Shown here piece after piece: positions 1 to 12,300 of a DNA stretch of 64,000 nt; positions within the stretch are counted from its first letter, which is position 1; the number at the start of each line of letters is the position of its first letter. This DNA comes from Camelus dromedarius. Lineage: Eukaryota. Both the position numbers and the translations under genes were made by a program. Location: the NCBI RefSeq assembly GCF_036321535.1, contig NC_087436.1, positions 86,616,001-86,680,000 on the forward strand, given 5' to 3'. Below the pieces are notes generated by a model. It saw nothing but the letters and a program-made list of their open reading frames with translations, did no database searches and was not told where the DNA came from.

Positions 1-3000
1 AACAGTGGCTTTGATATAGCATCGGTTTTCAGTAACAAAAACCTTGGTATTTGGAGGCTTCTGTATATATACATCCTAAGGGATCAGAGCAGGGGTTAAA
101 CCAAACAAGTTAGGACTGAATCGTTTTCTACAAATGAAAGAATGTTTGTATGAAGCATGCCTATGCTACTAGAAGAAAAATGTCAAAGTTCTAAAATGTT
201 ATTTACCAAAGTTCTAAAATCTTATGCTTAAAACGAGTCCTTTGAAAAGGAGGAACTGGGGAACAAGTGTGCATTTTATCAGCCCAGGCATATCTCAGTG
301 GGTGAATATTTATATTCTCCTTTTTATGGATGGGAGTAAAATCATGTCCCCACTTCTTGAGATTCTGTGTGGTTGGAGGACCAGAAGGGTAGGGAATACT
401 GCTAGGGACCTTCCACAAGGGGACAGTGACATTTCTCTAGTCCAGACTCAAGCCTCGGGCAGCTTTGCTTGACAGAGGGCCCTTGTGGCCCCATTTGTGC
501 CAGAAGGTGCCCTTAACTCGTGTGGTTTCTGTAAAGCACCAGAGCTTCTTTGATGAAGCAGGATGGTTACATGGCTGATCGGATTTTAGTCAGGAAATCT
601 ACTTTATTTAAAGTAAAAAAAAAAAAATTGAAACAGATTAAGCCCTTGGAACTGACCCCACTTTCAGTGGGACCAAGTTCATTTCATCCTCTTTCTGGAT
701 CCCCTTCAGCCAGGCGGACGCCAGGACTTGGCCAGGTAAAACTGCACGAATGTGCATCGGCTGTTTGGCTCTGTCCCTCTGATTACTTCCAGAAGCTGCA
801 GAACTTGTTGTCCCTACTGAGGGTCTTCGGTTACCTTATTTTTTTTCTCTCTCTCTACTCCCAAAGGGTCCTTGTTCCAATGTGTTCATGTTTGCCTTTT
901 CTGGCCATGTGAAAATAATGAGACTGGACGCTAATGGTGCCTACATTTTGAATTTTTGTCTTGTGTCCCCAGTGAGTTGTACACCTGTGAGTTTGAAGGC
1001 TCTTTCAATCACAGCTTTTGAATCACAGATGAATCAAGACCGGGGCTACGTGGGGGAAGAGCTTTTAACCAAACAAATGACATGCCATGACACCAGGCTT
1101 AAGCCATCTGGCAGAGCAAGCGGATTGACTGATTTTTCTAAAATGGAAGACCTACTCAGATTAATTATACCTGAGTTGCAATTTAGTGGTTTTCCAGAGA
1201 TGAACCCTAATCCATTCAGAAAAGAAGTGCATGGGTTCTGGTCTCATACCTCACCTCCAGTAACGTGTGTCTCTTCCCTGCATTTCACCTGGACTTGGTA
1301 GGAGCCCCAAATGCAGCAGAACTCGAAGGAAAAGTGGTTGTAAGTAGCAGAAGACAGTGCTGCCGGAAATGTTTTTCTGTTACTGCTGATCCCGGCTCTT
1401 AGGCTTGAAGATGAGGTCCCACTCAACACAGTGGTTTTGTGGCCAGTCTAGTAGACAAGGGTGCAGGTGAAGCCCAGAAACCATAGAGTCCCAGCCCTGG
1501 GAGCCATCCAGACGTCCACCCTTAGGGCCCGGGTGTTACTCACCTTCCCTTTCTCTGTGTTCTGGCTGCTGGGCTTGGGAGTGGGTTTTTGATGGGGTTT
1601 TGTGATTGGTGGTGGTTTTTTTAATGAGACATTTATATTTAGCCAATGGCTGATTGAAACCAATTGCTATGCAAATTTCTTTACATACTTTGTGTCCCCT
1701 AATAGTTCACATCCTGAATGAGACTAGAGAAGCAATCACTGTAGGCAAGCCCCACTCAGCCTTCGGATGCTGTCTCGGATCACCCAGGTCACTGCCTTCC
1801 CCATATCATCATCTGAAAGAAGGAACTGGATGGATCAGATTGTGTATTTTATGAAGCAAGAGTGCTACTCATTGAAAGCTCTTTCCATTTTCAGTGACAA
1901 AGACCTTTTCTTACTTGGCTGTGTGGCAGAGTGTGGTTTGGTGAGACTCCATCAGGCGCGGAGGTAGTGCAAAGGAAGGTGCTCAGGGCTGCCCACTTCT
2001 GTGGGGCTCAGGCAGCACTGAGCCTCCTGAGTCTGACGGCAGAGCCTGGTGTTGGGTGCAAAGTTGAGTTAGAGAAAATGGAAGGATGGAGAGGGTGAGA
2101 AGATAATAATGGAGCCTGAAAAGTGGCCATATCCCAATCTTTTGTAACTTCCCATGGGGTTGTGTGTGTACCTATAAAAGGAATAAAACTAACCAATGCT
2201 TTCCAGAGAACCAGCATCTGGCTCCCTGTTGATAGAAACACTACAGCCTCCCTCCCTTCTCCACCCAGGAAAACAAGATTAGACACAAGGAGGGTTAGAC
2301 GTCGTCAGACAAAAGACTCATTCGATTAAGGAAGGGTGGGCTGAAGGCTGTTGTACACATAGGATGTCAGGGGTGGTATTTACCATCTCAAAGCATTTTT
2401 CACATGGTTTAAGGTAAATCACTTTTGATAGGAAAATCAGTTTACCTTCTCCACTTCTACCCTAAAATGCAAAGGAAGTAGACCTCGAGGTGAGTCTCTT
2501 CTCTAGCAGCCTGCCAGGATAATGACCGGCTCAGGCTAGAAATAGAGCAATAAACAAAAAGATAGATTTTCTTAAATAATCAGGAAGTGATCACTGAACC
2601 ATGTTAGAGATACTTAGAATTTGCTACTAGCAGAGAAAGTAACAATCCTGGGTTTGGGGCAGAAATTCCATCCTGATGCTAATATTTCTGTCATAGTGTA
2701 ATGAATGCCATCTCCCACATCTTTTTGTGTGGTTGTTCAGCCAAGTCAATGCATCATTAGGTGGAGAATCAAGAAGAGGAAGAGAACCAGCTAATTATAG
2801 AAAAACAAAGGAGTAATTTCTCGTGAACATTTTGTGCTTCCTCAGTGCAAGCAAGAGCTCTTGAGAAGCATTTAGCACATTCATTCAAGGAAGCTGTGTC
2901 ACACCAGTATTTAAAACTCTGTAACGAAGTGACGTGGGAACAGAAGCACTAGACCAGGAACGGAGTGGCCTGAGATCTAACCCAGGGTGGGTGGATCAGG

Positions 3001-5316
3001 ACTGCTGAACAAGTTTTCATAAAGTACAATTAGAGAACACACTGTGTTCTAGGGCAAAGGTGAAGGAGAAATGGGAAACTTTGCTAGGTCAGGAGTTGCT
3101 TTGGTCTGGGTACTCCATTCAGGAATATTTCTAGATACTTTGCTATGGCCATTTTTGTGCTTGTCTTCCAAAGTAACCAGTTCCTCAGGGAACACCGTCA
3201 GTGGCTGTACCTTTTATGTTAGAATCATCTTCCAAAGTGGGGGGTGCAGTGAGAATCTCTTCATCTTGGCTGGGTGATGGGTGGCTTTAGAGGAAATCCT
3301 GTTGGGCGTTTCTCATGAGATTCTCATGAGAGTTTGTTTGACTTGAACTTGAGCCTATAGGTGGTGTAGTCACAGACAGTGGGCATTGCATTTATGTAGA
3401 AATGGCCTTATTTATTCTTTACCTATTTCTTCCTTGGTAAGTGAGGAAAACCATGCTCCCCTGTCATGTGGAATAACTAATAATACAATGATAAGATAGT
3501 TACAGGGTGTTGTAAAATGCTTATTGAAAGCAGGTGGAAAGACTTCAGTCAGGTTCAGTGATTAACCCCCAGGCTTATGTTGGTGCCGTCCCTGAAAACC
3601 TCTCAGAAGTACTGGCCTTGACTAAGTCTAAAATTCCAGCATTTGAGGTTTCCCTTCTGTAAAATGGGGATTATGGTGCCTTTGTCAACAGATATCAAGG
3701 GCTATAGCAAACATGGAAGTAAAGACAGTCCCAGCCCTGTGTGCTCATGAAGTGAGCCAATAGATAAATGAGAAATAATAGGAAATGAGAGAGAGAGATG
3801 TGGCATTCAGGGGGACTGACTGAGGGGGTTGGCTGGGAAGCACTTGGTGTGCATACAGTGCTGGGGCTGGGGAGCCGATTCAGGGATGAGGGACTGACCA
3901 TCGACCCAAATGGTGCATCCCCGGCTTTCATCACCCCACATTTCTTTCCGATCTATATCAAGGGATTGCCATGTTTTTTAATAATAATGTTTGCCTTTGA
4001 GAATATTAACATGCTGCTTTAAAGTAGTCATTAATAGAATGGTAAAGCTAATCACAATATAATGTTCAGTTTCATAACAATGTAATGAGCCAGGTTTTGT
4101 TTTATTGGATTGATTTCCCAGGTGCCCTTGCAGGTAAGCAGAATAAAATAGTTTGCTATTCTGGATGGAGGGGAGATATTTCACTTGTGGCCACATCAAG
4201 ATACAGGTTTTATGTCATAGAAATAACAACACTTTAAGACGACAACAATGAGTGCAGTAAGAGTCATACCTTAAGCAACGAAAACAGCACAGCCGGGTCT
4301 CAGTTATTTATGGGGTCTGCAGAACCTCATTAAACAGGCTTAGTTTGTAATGAAACAGCAACATTGTTGGGTCTCATGTGACTTTGATTATATTTGTATT
4401 CCTTAAATAAAAAGTAAACCTTTAAATTGTGATGCAGAAAGGAAAGTCTGCTTCTGTTTCTCTTCGGAGTCTGTATAGCCATGAGGAATCCTCATTATTC
4501 CAAGAATATGATAAACACCTTCCATTAACTCTATGCCTTAATAGAAAAACACTTCCGTTCATAACAGGTTAACGCTACTGGTTCCTTTCCTTCCACCTGC
4601 AGGCACAATCGCTTCTTTCTGTTTGAATTCCGTAGAAGCTCCTTTCTCAGACAGTCCCTCGGTGATCCTTGCTGCAGGGCAGTGAGGCAGGCAGGTTGGC
4701 TGTTATCACGGGTGAGGCCGTCAGGGCCCCCAGACAGCAGCTCGGCCAGAGGATATGGCTGCTGAGGAGAGAGAGTAGAACAGAAATCACTTGACTCCCG
4801 GTACGGTGCTCGCTGGAGCACTAGAAGATGGTTGAGAGGTTTCTCTTGAATTTTTCACATCTTCCCCAGAAGACCGGTTTCCTTAGCCTTCTGGGGCCTA
4901 GAACGAGCTCCTGTTCTCTCCGTGGTCCACCTAGGACACTGAGGGTTGAAGATAGGGCCCTCCCCAGAAGCACAGTGCTCTGGAGAAGCGGACCTGAAAA
5001 CTATATAAAGAATCAGAGCCAACAATGCTGTAACGAGGGGAAACCTGGGGTGAGGCTGATGCCTCAGAGGCACGGCTGCTCAGCGTTTGCTTTTCTGCCT
5101 GGGGCAACTGGGCCCTATGCTTACTCTTGCCCACAGGCCCACCGTAAGTCCTATTACAGGCTCCCATGGGTCTTGTGGAATACATTTGTCAAGTACACGG
5201 TGACTGTCTTTAGTGCTACTGATTTGCACGTATTCCGTGTTACTTCCTCATCTGCCTCGACCCGCCCTTCTGGCCCTGGCAACCTGATGTTCTCAGCTGA
5301 TTGCCAACATGGGAGC

Positions 5317-5680
5317 AGAGGTTCCCAAGCCTCAGTGCATTGGAATCACCTGCAGAGTTTGTTAAAAGCACAAATACTTGGCACCCCTCTAACCAAGAGA
5401 GCAGGCCTTCTCACCTGGGATGCTGACATTTTGGACCAGATAGTTCTTTGCTGCAGGGGCGGTCCTGTGCACTGTAGGGTGTTTAGCAGCATCCTGGTCC
5501 CACCCACTAGATGCCAGTAGCACCTTCCCCAGGGGTGACAACCAAAAATGTCTTTAGACATTGTCTCTTGAGGAGCGAAATGGTCCCTGGCTGAGAACTA
5601 CCATCTTAGGGATTCTAATTCCTGAGGGAAGAATGGCGCCCAGTATTCTCTGTTTAACAAGCTTCTCAGGCAAATCTAGT
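5317..5680. mobile_element. MER5A-like hAT-Charlie relic interrupted by MER20
   Basis: Left part 'cattggaatcacctgcagagtttgttaaagcacaaa' and right part 'gattctaattc...ctgtttaacaagcttctcagg' resemble the recalled MER5A consensus and flank the MER20. Confidence 0.6.
5402..5603 (-). mobile_element. MER20 (hAT-Charlie non-autonomous DNA transposon)
   Basis: Reverse complement matches the recalled MER20 consensus (GACATTTTTGGTTGTCAC...GCTACTGGCATCTAGTGGGT...GATGCTGCTAAACA...TGCACAGGAC) with degenerate TIRs. Confidence 0.85.
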
Positions 5681-8671
5681 TCCTGTGTGTGTCTTGCTGG
5701 GCCACCTCTTCCCTTTCAACACTCCCATCCCTCAGCCTCTGATTCTGTGGCCACCTAGAGGCTTACTGCAGTCTTACAGGGAAAGCGTGGTTTTTCCTTT
5801 CCCAGACCAAGCCAACTGTGCTGCCCAGGCAGCAATTAACACAAAATCCTGCTCTGTGCTCGCAGGCGGCCCTCTGTGCATCTAGGGGGTATATGTGCTG
5901 AATAACAGAGCCCTTTTAGAGGGACTGTCCCTGCTACTGTTGGTGTATAACCCAGGAAAACAAATAGGCTCCCTGATGGGGTCTTTGGTCCCAAAAGGGA
6001 AAACAGAGCATTGGTGTAGCTGGCTCCCAGAGAGGGAAATATTTAGAGCAGACAACACTTGGTTAGCAACTCCCAGGGTAGCTCGAGGCCCTCCCCCAGT
6101 GAAGCCTGGACCTGACTTCACCCGTCGGTGAGGCAGCCTCAGCAGAGACCCCGCAAATCCAGCAGGAATTGGGCCCCAGCAAAGACAAATCTGACGCCTT
6201 TTTTCTAGCGTGAATGACTTGAATGCTTTCATGAATTCCGCTGTTTAGTCTGTGTCCTGTGGTTGGAACTTCCTCTCCAAACCGTCATATTGGGGATGTT
6301 ATTTGCCAACTGGCATGAGGAGAATTTCCTATAGGGGCCATCTAAGTGCTGTGCCCTGGAAGAGCTGGCCCATTCCAGGGGGAAAGGCCTTCTGTGGGGA
6401 TTGTTCCCAAAAGCGAACATCCTGTTGAAAAATCGGCCTGGTTGTAATTAGGGGGCACGGGGCTTCCGGTCTGCGGGAGTCCTGGAGGCTTTCAGCAGCA
6501 GTAGCCGATGTCCTTGTGTCAACGGGTGCTGCTTTTTTTTTTCCCCTTCTACAAATATTGGGGCTTTTCTTTATCTGTGGGGGCTTTTCTTAATTTACAT
6601 ACATTGCTCACAGACCTTATTTCAAACTCTAATAGATACTGTAACTAATAGATTGCTGAGAGTAAAGCAACATACGAGACAGTGAACATCAGTATTAAAT
6701 TCAGTGAACTTTCTACCAAATGTGTTTGTAATCTGAAATTCCAATGAGTAAAAACAGAAACTTAATTTATCCAAATTCAGTAAAGCCTTCTGAAATGTTT
6801 AACTGTGACAAAGAACAATCATTTTAAACATAATTGCTCTGCAGTTACTGGTAAGAAACTAAAAACTTCTCCTTCCAGCCCCATCTTCCCTGGCCGGTGC
6901 CCTCATACAAAAGTTCAGTTATCGATTTTTGTACTTTATGAAATTAAAATTCCTTAGGGGTTTTCAACACAATCATTCACACAAATAATACAGATATATG
7001 GCAACTCAATCCTGTTATCAATTAATAACTGAGAATCATACATGATGTGGAAAAATAGATGAATATACAATTATATGCATATTTTCATACAGGTTTATAT
7101 TACAGAAACACACACTTACATTAGCTCAAATATTATGATAGTAGGCAGATGTACATATAAAGTTAACTATCCACTTTAAGAACCAACATTTTATTTTTAA
7201 AAAGTATTTATGGAAGGAAAGGATAGTTGCTAAGAGCTGTTTCTTTTTAAATTTAGATAATGACAAAATTGATCCTTCAATAGCCTTTTAAAATAATCTA
7301 GACTGAACAGTTAAATTTTGTAATTGAAATAATTTGCCACCATTATTGAAATTAAGGAAATACATTAGAGATTCTTGACTCTTCAGTGATTGCTTTAGAA
7401 CCACAAAGGCATCACAAAGGAACAGAAACAGGCTCCATAAAGAAATAAATTGTTGAGTTTATCAATCTGATACATCTTCCTAAAATCACTATGTTCCTTT
7501 GAAGTAACTACATTGAATATAAAAGCCGCAAATGGAAAGTAATCTCCCATGTAGAACATTTTGCTAGACTTACAGGGGATTTAGGATATCTGCCAACAGG
7601 TGCTTTCTTGGAGAGGACACTGAATAAGCCGATGCCATTTGTGTCCTTGGTCCACCCTTTCAGAAGCACTTAAGTTACTGAAGTTATATTTAGAAATAAT
7701 GTTGTCTTTAATTTGTTTCTCATTGGAAGACTGGCAAGGTTGCTTGGGTGTCGACTCATGGCTGGGGTATTTCTTATAGCAGCACCAGAGGTCTTTAACT
7801 CCTTTCCAACAAAAAAGAGCAACTGAGGCAGAAAGTGGTTTCTAGTCCTCACAGAGGCCACACTGTGTCTCCTGAACATCCCTAAAGAGACAGAAATAAA
7901 CACATCACCAGGGTGATGTTGTGACGGGACAAAGAACACCCGCATCTGGAAGGACTTGCCCTCAGATCCCTCTTAGAAGTCCGAGCATTTACTCTGGTCC
8001 AATGTCAAGAAAAATGAAGTGCAGAAATCGTGGTTCACCAGCAGCTTGGTTCAAACATATCACAAACGGGGGCATTTTAGTCTCACGTTTAATCCTCGTT
8101 CACAGTTTATACAATGATCGTGAGTTCATTCACCTCCCTTTACGTTCTCCCCAAGCTTATATGTTTACATGGTGGGGAAGCATCAGAGCAGGCAAAACCA
8201 AACAACCAGCTTCAAGCTAAAATAATTTATACTAAAAACATTTTGCAAACTAAATATTGTCCTAACCACTGTCTGTTTCTGTGTGCCTCATCCAGGAAGC
8301 TGTGGGTGTCGAATATGAGACAGACTCGTGTCTCAGCCAGGCTGAGCCATAGAATGTTCGGATTATTGGGGGCAATAGAGAGGATCCAATTCCAGCCCTC
8401 ACATGATTGATGAGAAGACTGAGACCCTGGAAAATTAAGTGGTTTGCTTAAGAGAACATGGCAAGCTGGTGCAAAAAAGGGACAGGTGGCGTATCTTAAT
8501 TTCTGACCCAGTTTTCTGCAAATCGCAGAATTCTGTTGTCCATAAAGTGTCCTTTCCCTACCTCTTGTTCACAGTGCTTTCTCACTAGAGAAAAGCAGAG
8601 AAAAATTCTCAACCAATGCCAACTGAGCTCAACATTCTAGAAAGAAGAGAAGGCTAAAGGTATAGGTAGTG

Positions 8672-9065
8672 TGTATTTTTTTGCTTGGGCTGCCATGACA
8701 AAGTGTCACAGGCCTGGAGGCTGAACCGGCAGAAATGTGGCTGCTTATGGTTCTAGAGGGGAGGAGACTGGGATGCAGGTGTCAGCAGACTTGGTTTCTT
8801 CTGAGGGCCCTGAGGGAAGGGTCTGTTCTAGGCCTCCCTCCTTGGCGTGCGAATGGCCATCTCCTCCCTGTGGCTTCCCGAGGCCCTCCCTTTCTTCCTT
8901 TCTGTGTCCTCATTTTCCCCTAAAGACACCAGTCAGGTGAGAACTCATTCTGATGACCACAGTTAACCGCAATTAACTCTTTAAAGAGCCTATCTCCAAA
9001 GAGTGGTAGGGGGAGGAGGTTAGGACTTTAACTTGAACTTTAGGGGACACAAGTCAGTCCACACA
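8672..9065 (-). mobile_element. MLT1 (ERVL-MaLR) solo LTR
   Basis: Typical MLT1A/B/C motifs 'gggctgccatgacaaagt', 'ttggtttcttctgagggcc', 'cctatctccaaa' and 'ggggacacaagtcagtccacaca'. About 390 bp. Confidence 0.8.
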
Positions 9066-9304
9066 GTGTAGGTATATGCATGTTTGGGGGCAAAAAAAGA
9101 AAAAGAAAGAGAGCAACAGAGAAAGAGAAAAAGAGAGAGAAAATAAGCACATGGGCAAGAGGTCCCTCGGGGGTCTGCCGGGGAGGCAAGGCATTTCATG
9201 CCAGGATCTTGGTGGGAGACTGAGGGAGAAAGAGAAGAAGAAACAAGGAAGGAGGAGAGGCTGGGCTTCTACCTGCCCGAGTACGTGGACCCTCTAGGAC
9301 CTTT

Positions 9305-12300
9305 GTTATTTCCTTCCTTCTACTAACTTTAGGCTTCATTTCTTCTTTCTTCTTGTTCCTTGAGGAGAGAGCTTTTTATCTGAGATTTTGTTTTTTGAGG
9401 GTAGGCGTTTATTGCTGTGAACGTCCCTCTTAGAACTACCTCTGCTGCAGTACATTGGTACGTTGTACTTCCATTTTCATTTGTCTCAGGGTATTTTTTT
9501 CTCTTTTGATTTCTTCTTTGATCCAGTGGTTGTTCAGGAGCACATTGTTTAACCTCCACAGACTTGTGAATTACCCAGTTTTCTTCACATAATTGATTTC
9601 TAGCTTCATAACATTGTGGTGAGAAAAGATGGTTAATATGATTCCAAGCTTCGTAAATTTACGAAAACTTGGTTTTTGGCCTAACATGATTTATCCCGGG
9701 GAAGATTTCATGTGCACTTGAGAAGAATGTGTATTCTGTTGTTTTCGGATGGAACGTTCTGTATATATCTAAGACCATCTGGTCTAACATGGCATTCAAA
9801 GCCCATGTTTCCTTATTAATTTTCTATCTGGATGAGCTACCCACTGATGTAAGTGGGTACTGAAGTCCCCTACTGTGTATTGCATCGCTGTCTATGTCTC
9901 CCTTTAGCTCTGTTAACATTTGCTCTGTATATTTAGGTGCTCCTATTTTGGGTGCATAGATATTTACAAATATTACATCCACTTGTTGGATTGACGACTT
10001 TATCATTATATAATACCCTTTTTTATCACTTATTACAGTCTTTGTTTAAAGTATATTTTGTCTTATATAAATATAATTGGTTTCCATTTGCATGGAGTAT
10101 TTTTTGCTAATCCTTGACTTCTGGCCTCTGTGTGTCCTTTTATTTGAAGTGGGTTTCATGTAAGAAACATAGACGGGTCTTGTTTTTTTTAATCCATTCA
10201 ACCTTCTTTTAATTGGAGCATTTAATCCCTTTACACTTACAGTAATTATTGATAGGTATGTACTTATTATTGCCAGTTTAATTGTTTTCTAGCTGTTTTG
10301 TACTTACTCTCATTATGTTCTTTACTCTCTTCTTTTGTGGTTTGATCACTTTCTTTAGTGTTATGCTTACATTCCGTTCTCATTACCTTTTCAGTAGCTA
10401 CCATAGGTAGAGATTTCACTTTGTGGTTACTGTGAGACTGACATAACAACTTATATTTATAACAGACTATTTTCAGTTGATAACCACTCAAGTTTGAACA
10501 CCTTCTAAAGCTTTCCATTTTACTCTACCCCTCCCTCACATTTTACATCTTTTTATCTTGTGTATTCCATAGCTAATAATCGTGATTATTATTTTTACTA
10601 CTTTTTTGTGTTAACCTTTATACTAGCTTTATAAGTGATTAATCCACTACCTGTACTATATATATACACCTTTACAAGTGAGATGTATGCTTTCATATGT
10701 TCCTTGTTACTAATTAGCGCATCTTCTTTTGAAGTTAAAGAAGTCCCTTTAACATTTTCTATAAGGTCAGTGTAGTGGTGATGAATTCCTTTAGCTTTTG
10801 CTTGTCTGGAAAACTCCTCGTCACTTTCTCAATTCTGAACGATAACTTTGCTGGGTAGAGTACTCTTGGCATTTTTTTCTTTTAGCACTTTGGATATATT
10901 GTGCCACTCCCTCTGGCCAGCAAAATTTCTGCTGAAAAGTCTCCTGATAGTCTCAACAAGGGTTTCCTTGTATGTAACAAAGGTTTCCTTACATGTAACA
11001 AGTTGTTTTTCTCTTGCTGCTTTTAAGATTCCCTCCTCATCTTTAACTTCTGGCATTTTAACTATAAGGAAGCTTGGTGTAAGTCTCTGTGGTTCTTCTT
11101 ATTTGGAGCTCTCTGGGCTTCCTGAATCTGCATGTCCATTTCTTTCCCCAGGTTAGGGAAGTTTTCAGTCATTATTCAAATAAGTTTCTGCTTCTTTCTC
11201 TCTCTTCTCCTTGTGGGACCCCTATTATGAAAATGTTAGTCTAATGTTGTCCCATTAGTCCCCAAGCTACCTCCCTAAGCTATCTTCACTTTTTTTCATC
11301 CTTTTTCCTTTTTGCTGCTCTGATTGGGTGGGCTCCACTGCCCTGTCTTTGGGTTCACTGATTCTTCCTTTTGTTTCATCTAGTCTACACTTGAACCCCT
11401 CTAGTGGGGTTTTTTTTTCCCAGTTATTATATTCTTTAGATCCATGACTTTGGTACTTTTATTTTCTATCTCTTTATTGAAATTCTCACTGTGTTCATCC
11501 ATTCATTTCCCAAGTTCAGTGAGCATCTTTAAGACCATTACTTTGAACTCTTTATCAGGTAAATTATCTCCATTTCATTAAGGGTTTTTCTGAGGTTTCA
11601 TACTATCTTTCATTTGGAAAAATATTCCTCTGTTTCTTCCTTTTGCTTGACTCTGTTCTGGTTTCAAAGATGAGATGCAGCAGCCACCCCTCCCAGTCAT
11701 GAAGGAATGGCCTCCTGCAGGAGATGAAGCTCCTAATTCAACTCTGCTCTTGGTTGTCTCCCAAACCTTTGTGATTGTCCAAGCAGCCCATCTTATTTTT
11801 AATAGCTCCCAGTTGAGGGTATGCCAAGACCTGTCAGTGTTTCAAAGAGAAGGATCTTAGTCAGCACGTAGAATCAGGCTGAGTGGAAGCCAGACCCTCA
11901 GGCAGCAGCCATTAAAGGATGCAAATATATACAGTCCTGTGGGTCTTACAGGCATAAGCCCTGCTGACCACCAGAGCCAGGTGATCTGGAGGGGACCTTG
12001 TGTGCAGCTGCAAAAAAGTGAGGCTCCAGATGAGTGTATAAGCTCCTTTCTGGGAGCCACTGATGAACTGTCAGATAGAAGGGGAACACAAAGATGGCAC
12101 CCCATCTGTGTGCCGTAAGGGCATCTCCATAGGCTCCTAGGTGTGCACCAACCTAAAGTCTGCCCCTCAGGCCAAAGCTCCAAGACTAGCAAATAGGCCT
12201 CTTTCACAGAAAGGCTGGGGGAAGGGGGTGTTTCAGTCTGCTGCTTGTGCAGTGGCCCCCCGGGGGTGGGGGTAGCCTGCCAAGACCTGGCCCTGATCGT

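Noticed and set aside
4828..5520. 230-aa ORF, the longest in the track
   Set aside because: No recognisable domain. Its 3' part runs through MER5A/MER20 relics and it has no exon-like support.
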